A stretch of 59,875 nt of DNA, counting the filler, from Sphacelaria rigidula (taxonomy: Eukaryota), in NCBI GenBank assembly GCA_964200075.2. It is 7 parts of 7 records of this genome, joined end to end, with 100 filler letters (N's around TTAATTAATTAA, not from the genome) between each part and the next. Parts side by side here need not be neighbours in the genome. Positions count along the whole stretch, not along the records: positions 42,844 to 51,309 come from CAXNAA020011041.1; positions 51,410 to 59,875 come from CAXNAA020011042.1; 5 more parts are not named here. One strand, 5' to 3'. Under the pieces are notes generated by a model. The model was given only the letters and a program-made list of their open reading frames with translations. It did not search any database and had not been told where the DNA came from. The translations under genes and the position numbers were made by a program. Of this stretch, positions 50,401-59,875 are shown one piece after another. Every line of letters starts with the position of its first letter. Within the stretch, counting starts at the first letter, position 1.

Positions 50401-51030
50401 CGGCTATTTCGATCGTAGTACCCAGGGTAGCTCCATTCAGCGACTAAGTTCATTTGATGTTGCCACGGACGTGCCTTTTTTTTACCACCTTCGTCACTTC
50501 AAGTTGTTCGTTCCCAGCACTTTGAGAACTGGACGCCAGAGTGGGCCTTCTGATTTTATGTGTCAGTCTTACGTCCGTACGAGTGTGTCTGAGCAGTTCC
50601 CGGCATTGATGCCGTCGTTATTTCCGGGTGCCTTAGCAAACCGAGAGGTGCCTTACGCCTCCGTAGACGCAATGTGGACAGCTTTTGTCCATCAAGAAAG
50701 CAATCTCACTCCCGCCATTCGGGGTGACAAATATTTGTCTCAGCGTTCTCAGCCTGCCACTGTCTCCTCTGCGAACACCTACGGGTCTCGCGGACGGAAT
50801 TCGAGTTCATCTCGTGCTACATGGACCCCCGCCTCTGTCGCTGGTTCAGTAATGAGTGTTCTGCGCAAGCTTTGACGCATGGCCGTACTCTGAGGAGACA
50901 TGGGACGATGTTTATTTGACTTCTACAACAGCTTTTGTGACGGATGATCCCCACTCGTGGAACCCGCTTCTATCTTCTTCGGCTAGACACGAGTGTCTTC
51001 CGTTCCTATTTCTACAACAGTATACATATG
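44464..51030 (+). mobile_element. LTR retrotransposon 5' part: putative LTR 44464-45421, PBS 45423-45440, tandem-repeat leader, decayed gag-like ORFs about 47150-51030
   Basis: TGTAA...TTACA termini, TATATA near 45118, then TGGCGTTTCACCAAGGAGTC which fits the complement of CCA + discriminator + acceptor strand + T-stem; ORFs 49496-50386 and 50396-50875 are one frame split by a single TAG; LTR 5' boundary is inferred. Confidence 0.65.
46019..46820. repeat. Tandem array, about 129 bp x4 then 110 bp x2
   Basis: CCG(T/G)CAC(A/G)TCG at 46152, 46281, 46410, 46539, 46649, 46759. Confidence 0.9.
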
Positions 51031-51309
51031 CCTGACCGCCAGTACTGTACCCGTTGCTTGAACCCACCAGCGATGATGTGACAACCGCCCGTTCGTAACG
51101 GAAGAGCCTAGCTTGAACGTGACACCAGCCCCGAGATCAGAACAATAAGGTGTTTCACAAACCCCGGTATCACGAAAGACCGACGCGTTGTGAGTTATGA
51201 GTCCAGGTATTTTGTCGATGCGAAGAGACTCGGGAACCATTTCCGGGGAGAAAGGGGCGTGGTCGTCGAGGCGACCGTGAACGGCAAATGAGCGGGAAAA
51301 GAGCCGAAT

Positions 51310-51409
51310 NNNNNNNNNNNNNNNNNNNNNNNNNNNNNNNNNNNNNNNNNNNNTTAATTAATTAANNNNNNNNNNNNNNNNNNNNNNNNNNNNNNNNNNN
51401 NNNNNNNNN
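51310..51409. other. Artificial contig linker
   Basis: N44-TTAATTAATTAA-N44. Confidence 0.99.
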
Positions 51410-52798
51410 GGGGATTATTTTGGGCCAAACACGGAGCTATTGCAGTCGTTTCCACGCCGCCGAATACAAATTCTCGTCGCCCAGACAGCGCCCATGCATC
51501 ATACCTATATTTTGCAAAGTGCCAGCATTATAGCGACAGTATTCACATAAATACCCCTGTACTACACGTTCTGTGCTTCGCTTTTTTTGCCTTTTTCTTG
51601 CCTTTTTTGCTTTTCTCTTTTTTTCACGTCTCAATCTACTATGTCGTTCTGTTCGACTCTTTTCTGCTCCTTCTTTTTCATCAGCGATTGTGTCAGTTTT
51701 GTTTTGTCTCGGGTACGTCTATCATGGGACCACGGCTGGATCCCTGGGAGGTCAGTTGAAGTTCGACAATCAATCCATCGAATAGAAAACACGCTGAATT
51801 CTCCATGATAAGCGGCTGGCAGAAAGGACGCCACAGGTGGACATCCAGAAGGTCACCACGACGCGGCCGGTAGGATGACACTCGATAGTAAAACCCTTGT
51901 TCGAACTCCTCCCTCACACCCCCGGGTTAGACGCCTCATCATTTTCAAAACTTGAAATAGCAAATGGAAACGCGAACGGAAAACAGAACAGGCGCAACCA
52001 TGAGTATGGAGGAAGGGCAAGGAAAAGTATACAAGTACACGTCGTACGCACACAAAAAATGCAGGTCCCGGTGTGCACGGGTCAGTCTATTCCAATCAAA
52101 ACACCTTCCGAGTGGAGATTTTCCCCGATTGTGTGCATGTTTCGAACATATCATATGTTGCCGTGAAAAAATATATCTGCACTGCGAATCGTCAATTTTA
52201 AGGTCTTTAGTTCCCTCGTACAACACACCACGTTTGTGAGTGGTGCTACGAAAGGGGTGCATAAATATGTCATGAGGTTCGAATTGTTAGGAGCCCTCAA
52301 TCCCATCCAAAAAAACACGTGTGAAATATCTGAGAGCACGCCACGATTGTCATACCAATTGTCTAGGGTATCTCGAATGAATTCGAAAACGGAAATGTCG
52401 TGACCCATTATCTTGTGTAGCTCGTAAATATCGGGGCCCCTGAGTGAGAAAGATTTGGATCCAAATGTGCAACCCCTACCGTAGCATGACTCTAGTATAT
52501 TACCCTTAGCGGGGCCACGCTATCATATATACGATGGCATACACTAGAATTATCATCACGAAACCCCGTGCTGTACTTCGTTCCTTTTTCGTTTCATTTT
52601 CGGCACCTCCCCTTCTTCGGGATGAGTCCGTGGTCTGAAGGAAGCCCAGCCCCCGGCACACGCCTTGCACTTCGGTATCGCGGATTGGACCAGCACTTTC
52701 GCACAGCGTCGACGTGTGTCAAGTGACCATTTTGCTAGTGAAACCTTCACATTTTCACCAACGGCATCGAAAACTCCTTGGGGAAAAAACTCCCAAAC

Positions 52799-52871
52799 GC
52801 ACCTGTCGGGACACGAACCCGCATCTGCCGACTTATTGGCTTTTCAGCTGTACCATGAGATCACCAGGGCG
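52799..52871 (-). mobile_element. tRNA-derived SINE head (Pol III A and B boxes)
   Basis: Minus strand CGCCCTGGTGATCTCATGGTA...GCGGGTTCGTGTCCCG; no intact cloverleaf. Confidence 0.5.
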
Positions 52872-53152
52872 CGATGACGGCAATGCTGTGCTGAATAACG
52901 CGCACTGAGCACTCTCGTTTTGTACACGCTAAGACGATCTTTCGTCACGTGTAAATGAGTCTCCACGAGCTGCGGTATAGGTGTTTTTCTCAACTGTACA
53001 CAGAAGTAGAACTGGAATTAAACCGGAACTGGCGACGAGGGCGCCAGCTGTCGAGTATACTCGAAGGTTGCCGTTACGGGCTATATTTTAAAAACAATGT
53101 TAGGATGGGGTAGTTCCATGCCATTCCAGGCCACGTTTTTGAATGTTTTACA

Positions 53153-55023
53153 CAGCCTGGACAATAGGCGGCATCTATTGCAATGACAATAGAATCTGCT
53201 CCAGTAGGTGCCAATATTGTCGTGCGTCATGACCATCGATCGGCAAGTTTCTCTTCTTCTTGTCGTTGGCAATGTCTATCGATAGACCAGCTCCCCACAC
53301 TTTGGTCCGGGCAGCAGTCTGTTGTGACCCTACACAGAAATCTCTTGCGGCCGACCAAATGTATTGATCGATACTTTTCCAAATCTATTGGTGATAGCAA
53401 TGACTATCGATAGACCGCGTGCCAAATCTATTGAGGACGACGATGACCCATTGACAGGCTGTATACCAAATCTAGCGATGACGGCAATTGCTATTGATAG
53501 ATCACGTACAAAGTCCATGCATGGCGGCAATGGATATCGATAGATAGATATATACCAGAATCTACTGTGGTATGCAATGCCTACCGATAGATATCCTCCG
53601 TCGTCTATTGCCACACCTATATTGCAACATACTACGTATGAAGCATAGTATACTCCGTTAAAGTACGATAGAGAAGCCGCACGTGGACATGCAGTGGGTA
53701 TATGATGATACTACTTGTGAATATATGATGTCACGTTTCTACAATTTTGGAACGCTCGTATTTTGTAGGAATCCGCAATATGTGTGGACAAAAGTTTACA
53801 ACTTTTATTGTTGGTGTGGTGTTGATACTTATGATTGTCCCTCTGATGGACATGAGCGCTCAACCTCCTTTTGTGTGCGGGTGAGATGTGCTTATACCCG
53901 GGACAATAGACTATGTGATAGAACATTGGCGCTGCAATAGCCCCGAAAGTTGGACTGTCAATCTTCATTATCAATCATAATCGACTGGCATCAATGTCTA
54001 TCGATAGCTATTAAAGGCGACGATAGATTCGGGACAAGGGACAGAATGTATCATTGACGTGCCAATAGAGGGGCCAAGTTGTCTATCGATGCATTTTACT
54101 TGTTGCAGTAGGCTCTGAATTGCGGCCATTAATGTACAATGCTAATCACAATGGGATCTGCCACGCGGCCACCAATACATGTTGTTGGTCACAATAGGAT
54201 TTCAACTGCGTCCACCAATGTCCATTGAGGGTCACAGTATCATCTGAATCGTGGCCACTAATGTATATCGCTGGTCACAATGCAATCTGATTCGCGGCCA
54301 CCAATATATATTGCTGACAACTAAAATAGCTGGATGGCGTCGATCACTAGCGCTATGTATGCACAATGTTCGACGTATGTTTCCACCTTATCCAACAGAG
54401 CCTGTGACCAGCTATCGCCTCAGGTAGTTGTGTGTTTATGTGTGAGGGACATTGCCGTTGATGTCATAAGACCATTGCAGTGAGTAATATATTTTTCAAT
54501 ACCTATCGTTGGCGTCACTTGCTATTGAAAGGTGCTCCCGAGAACAATCGATTGTTGGCGGTAATGACTCTGTTGATAGATACTCAAAAATGTATTGTTG
54601 GTGGTAGAGGCTATCGATAGACGGCTCACCAAATCTATTGATGACGGTAATTGATATTGATGGATGACTCACCTAATCTATTGATGACGGCAACGTCTAT
54701 CGATGAATGGCTCACAAAATCTAATGATGAAGGCAATGGCTATCGATGGACGGCTCACCAAACTTATTGACTACGGCAATGGCTATCGATATATAAATCC
54801 CAGAGTCTATTGCGGTACACGATTTCCATCGATGGCGAGAGATCTGTACCCATTGTAATTGCAATAGGTTATCGCTCAACTATTGCAACATCTATTGTCT
54901 GTTTCAATACATATCAATAGCTGTGTTTCACCATCTATCATGTTCGACAAAATATATCGATAGCTTTTGCCCCGTGTCTATTGCTGAAGCAACAGACTAT
55001 TTTTGTGTCCATTGTCCAGAGCG
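53153..55023. mobile_element. Non-autonomous CMC-like element(s) of the CACCCTGGACAA family with 43-bp repeat arrays
   Basis: TIR-like CAGCCTGGACAAT (53153), TACCCGGGACAAT (53895), ATTGTCCAGAGCG (55023); dense CTATTG/CAATAG/CTATCGAT motifs; 43-bp arrays at about 53395-53560, 54122-54320 and 54603-54815. Confidence 0.6.
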
Positions 55024-57844
55024 CGATGTGTTGGTTCAATACACGAGGGAACTCACTCGGAACCAACAAGTTGACAGATGGAGCATAATAGTTTATTAAC
55101 AATATTGATGAAATCCGATTTGGGTGGGGGGTGCATGATAGCGTAGGGGGCGGGAAAATAGTCGTCCCCGGGGGTGCTTTCTACCGTGAATTTCGAAGTA
55201 GTATCCACCGCTTTGGCCTATATACCGTGCAAATGGCAATGCGTGTGGATGGCATGAAAGTGTTTTCGTGATATTTGAAATGTACAAGTGGTGAAATAAA
55301 TAATATCTTCCTTCTCCGGAGATCTAATATGCGTATCCCCCCCCCCAAATCAATTGTTTCCCGGGTGGTTTCCATCGTTTTGGCCTGTTACACACGAATG
55401 GCTATGCATCTGAACATACAGGCACATCGATGTGACGTGTTAACAATAAAGTATTGATACCCGACCCCCCATTTTCCCCACCCGGGGATGAAATCGCTGT
55501 ATCCCCTCTCCAGGCACGATGGGAGGTATCTACCGTTTTCGCAGCTACGAAGGCATTTACAGACGAATGGCAATGCCCCCCAACACGCAGGGGACATCGT
55601 TAGAACTTATGCACCACATAATACTCCCTTGTGATCTTTTTCTGCTCACATCTCTTTTCCCAGGCATGGAATAAATGAATCCCCTCCTGAACAATCTCAG
55701 CGAAAATGGGGGTGTTATCAAACGTTTGATCATTTTGTGGCCTGACAACGATGAATCTGGACTTGTGCCCGGTACCAATAGAAGAAAGTGTACAGTAAAT
55801 GCCCTAAGTAGTGATGCATGCCGCTTTCTTGACAGGGTGACAGACACAATGGGGAAGATTTTATGGGGGAAAATAGCACAGTAAGATAATACGTAGCATC
55901 CCACCCCCACCCAAGCCTCCCTTTTCCCTCTTTCCCCCGATTGTGGAGTCTTTTCGGGCCGTGGCTCCTGAGGTAATCCACTGCGGACCCCCTTGGTTCG
56001 AGATGGGGTATGTCAGCGACCTATGAAATGTGAGGGGAATGATTCATGTTTCTCCTCTGGGGATGTCTGTGAGGCGCTGTGTGCTCCTGGTGTGTTTGGC
56101 GAAGAATGTCTTCATGTGCACGACAGTACAACGATATACTGACTCGCTGCGGAGAAGCGAAGCTAGGGTTGATCCTGTATGGCAACGATATCAAGTCCTC
56201 TAACGGGCAAGAGGCGATCAGCCCAGGACGGGTCATGATTTGAGCTCATGAACGCACCACTTCTCGGAAAACCAACAGTCATCTACCTGGATACATCTCG
56301 AGACTCATTTATTCCGTGCTGTCTGTGAGTACGCTGTCCGAACAAAACACATGAAACGGCAACAACGAAGACACAACCATCCGTTCGTGCTACCCGCCCA
56401 ACCTCACGGCTGCAGTTCATGAAAACAAACGAGCATCGCAGCGCACGAAGATGCCGGCTTCATGCGCGGTTGGGTTTCCTCTATCTCGAAGGTTGGCGCA
56501 GACAAATGCGTCCATCGAAATTTGAGACGGTGAAGAAGGGCGTTTGGCGGGAAGAAGCCCGCGGTTAGGTACCCATCTCGCGTCACGGCACACGAAAGCC
56601 AAGAGTTTTGCGTTGTGCGAGAGACTAAAAGTTTCGCACAACGTTTCACGCGCACAACGTTTCACGCGCACCACTTACCATACAGTAGTAGGATAGATTC
56701 CCCAGACTTTGCTGCATGCAATCGATGTCGCTGCTGCTGCTGTCGCCGCTGCTGCTGCCGCTGCCGCTGCCCCTGAAGCTGTATCGTACTGACCAGATCG
56801 ATTTGGTAGGGGTCTTAACGAGTTGGAAAACATCACTGGAAAGCGAAAAGAGCGTCCAAAAGCTGCATGGTGATTGGCTGCCGCGTCATCACGCGGGGGA
56901 ATGGCCAATCAACATGTTGTTTTTCGGCGCTTATTACTTTTCGCTGCTATAAGTTGTTTTTCAGCCCGATACGCGGGCTGGATATAGTGTCACTTTGTTT
57001 ACCGCTGCCTGATATCGGCGTGTGGTAAAGTTCAAAGGCTGCATACAGCGACCAACCACTGATTCCAGCTCAGGGTTCATAAATTATCTCTAAAAATATG
57101 CTTTCAGAGAAGAATGCCAGGATAGTTTCGCTATCACAGTGCACAGCGCATGAACAAGCGATTCTAATCCGAACTCCTGCGGCAATGGCGCGGGTTGTGC
57201 GATCTTGAGGGTCATTTTCCAACAGACGCAGTCGAACTGACGGGCGAACCACCGTGATAGCACAACTCAGATTACGCCCCAACATTGATATGCGTTTTAC
57301 CAACGGCCCTCACCACGGAAAGAAATTGACCGATATTATACGCGCAGGAGCACGGAGGAGTGCATTTTTTCCCAGAGAGCATTTCGTTTCCAGTTGGACC
57401 GTCAAACAACTTCGACAATATCTCAGACCGGTCATACTGAGGGAAGTATAAATGGGACGACAACACAACGCGGAAAATCCAAGTCCAGGATCACGGCGTA
57501 GCTGGTAGCCAGGTGGTTGCCTCGTGTAAGAGAGAGCGGAGCATACTGCTGGAGATCGCGGTGAGTTCACCAAAAAGCCTTTCTGGGATTCTCCATACGG
57601 TCGATATCCCTAAACCGTGGTTTACAATAACTCAGCCGTAGGAAAAGCAACTTCGAAACGTGCACACAGGTCCTGTACTATAGGCTGTAGGTGACGGGTT
57701 TGCATCCCTGTTTGACAATGTTTCATCGTCGATCTTCAGTATGCCACGGCTGACACGACGGTGAAACCTCATTTTCGTAAATTCTTGCTGGAGTTCTGCA
57801 ATGTGATCCTAAATCCTGAGAGAGGGAGCTCGCTACTCTCGAGA

Positions 57845-59800
57845 AAATCGAGTGATTATCAGGGGTGATATACTCCGTCACGAGAGATGCCCGTACAACT
57901 GGAGGAGCACCCTGAGCCCCCCCAGCGGCGCAGAATATTCCTTGGCTCAGGCACAGGGTAATGGTTTTCTATATTTTATTTTTAACAGAGAGCACCCAAG
58001 TAATACTGTAACTTGGGAGCGTGTTGAAGAAGAGGGAAGGTGATGAGAGCGGTCGGGGAGGCACAACATGTGTATCCTGTTTTCCGTACTGTCCCACATT
58101 TGCACACACTTGACTGCCGGTACTCGTACGTCACCCCGATCCCCTGTTCAACGGAGATTCAGCATTACTGAGTATTTGAATCACTCGAATACCGCCCCTG
58201 ATCGGATACCTCAGCACTCAAAGCTTGAAAAAAAAAATTCAAGGAGGAAACTCGACCTTCCGACCAAAACCCCCCATCACACAAACTTCACCGCTTGTGC
58301 TCAAAAACAAACAACCCTTTTCGCAGACGCCCAGGCCAGGGCACCTGCACTCGACAACGGGGAACGCCCTACGAACCCATGACCCACAAAGTAGCGTGAG
58401 CAGCTTCGCCCGAGATAAGTGAAGGTGCATTACGGAAACTATGATCTTGAACATCTAGAGCTGACAAATCGAAAGACACAAAAATGTAGTACTTTGAAAT
58501 ATCGCCTACTCGCTGTCCCCGATATTCATCGAAGCACGACGATGCCTTTTGAACAGCGTGATTGGGAGCGGCTTTGTGAGAATATCAGCGTGCTGCCACT
58601 CTGAATCCACATGTACGATCCTTACTGCTACCTGCTTCCTTTATGCCGTAAATGAATTTCTCCAGTCTAAGTTTACTACCCATCAAGTGGGCACACCCGC
58701 CTGGGAGCTTCATGAACACATTCGTGTCCATTTTTACTCGTACAATAGCCTGGGTAACGTCGAAGTGATACAGTGGCCATCCTCTCTGCTTTGCCACGGC
58801 CATGATGAATTGATTGATGTCAACTGGGAATCTCTGGCCAAATCGCCGCGCCACAATTCTCGCCTTCACTTTTGTGATTGCACCGTTAGCGTCAGTTTTC
58901 CAACTGGACACCCATTTTGCCGTAATGATATTTACTCCTTTTGGGATTTCCTCTCTTGGAAATGTGCCGGCGGTCTCATGCCCATCCAGTTCTGCGCGCA
59001 TAGTACTCAACCATATTTCCTTGTACTCTGATTTTTTCCACTTATTCTACTGTTATGGGGGGGGGGTTGACATCTCTCACGTGAAAACCGATGATTGAAC
59101 GCAAACCAAAGCTGGGCTCTGCCTCTGTTTCGTTTTCGGTCGCGAAACAAAAACACTCCTGCTCCGCGAAATTATCCTCGATCAGCATGGCCGCGCTGCA
59201 TCCCACCTCTGGTCCGGCTGCTGCAGTGATCAGGTCCGTCATCCCGCACCTATCCTCCGCCATTCCATAGAGTACAGTTTCCGTTTGAGCCCTCGTTTGA
59301 GCCCTCGCCGTCTCGCGGGAAACATATTTTTCTACTTCCTACGCGTGTATTTCCTCTAGTTCCTCTGCCGCCGATGCTAGCTCGCTCCGGTCGACTGCCG
59401 CTCTTGTCGCACTGCGCGTGCGACCTGCCATTTGCGGAGGCAGAGACAGGTCGTGGGGTGCAAGACGGCCTAGCTCCGTCCTTGGGAGTTCGGGAGCTCC
59501 ACCGCCCCCCCGTCGTTGCGCTCGGGGATGGCGACGGTTGTCGGCGATAATGTTGGCTGGGTAGTCGTTGGTTATACCGCAGGTGAATGCGTTGCCGGCG
59601 ATGCGGGTGGCTGTTCTGGCGTTATTGTCGGCGCTTCGGCTGTCGGCGATGTCGGCGCTGCAGCTGTCGGCGACGTTGTCGGTGCCACCGACGTTGTCGG
59701 TGTGGGCGGCGCCGATCCCCGGTCATCAATGAGATGTTGAACTGCATTTCGTAAAATCCCCCGTCCTTCCCCCGCCTCTGCAAGGAGGCAGCGAAGTCAT
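57845..59800 (-). mobile_element. Second Ty1/copia fragment: integrase linker, internally deleted RT, RNase H end, PPT and 3' LTR (about 57845-58191)
   Basis: IITAKWV..KVKARIVARRFGQ, YHFDVTQA, IYGIKEAG, then QHADILTKPL; AGGGGCGG PPT; LTR bounded by inverted TCGAGTGATT / AATCACTCGA. Confidence 0.85.
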
Positions 59801-59875
59801 CTCACCCCCCCCCCCCCCCCCCCCCACGCCGAGAGGGGTCGGGCCCCCCCCCCCCCCCCCCCCCATTCAGCGGGG

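Noticed and set aside
52799..52871. Functional tRNA gene
   Set aside because: No pairing acceptor or anticodon stems; treated as a SINE head
53395..54815. CRISPR-like periodic array
   Set aside because: Whole 43-bp units are degenerate copies with no unique spacers; eukaryotic context, no cas genes
51918..55176. CACCCCCGGG...CCCGGGGGTG as TIRs of a 3.3-kb element
   Set aside because: Only a 10-bp GC-rich match and no TSD
59805..59875. G-quadruplex-type poly-C tracts
   Set aside because: At the contig end, where homopolymer sequence is unreliable

Overview
Eukaryotic nuclear DNA, about 50% GC, intron-rich and repeat-rich. The gene and transposon style suggests a brown alga or related stramenopile (inference). 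The window is not one locus: it is seven unlinked contigs (8470, 8469, 8469, 8468, 8467, 8466, 8466 bp, i.e. size-sorted) joined by artificial N44-TTAATTAATTAA-N44 linkers, so nothing can be inferred across the gaps. Host genes: exon 1 of an N-terminally extended LSm6 (minus strand), seven exons of NOP58 (including one GC-AG intron), and exons of a RING-finger gene that may end in a SIM-like motif. Most of the rest is mobile DNA: two decayed Ty1/copia elements, a chromodomain-bearing Ty3/gypsy element with both LTRs, a third LTR element with PBS and an atypical long gag-like ORF, a 5'-truncated LINE RT, two fossil Mutator-like transposases, tRNA-derived SINE heads and several MITE/foldback families. 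The most notable families are a 98-bp piggyBac-type MITE in about 10 copies and CAC-N3-GGAC-ended elements carrying 43-bp periodic repeats. I found no CRISPR array, rRNA or intact tRNA, and no snoRNA that I can support. I did not find a convincing new multi-gene system; the best leads are transposon families and unusual features of the host genes.
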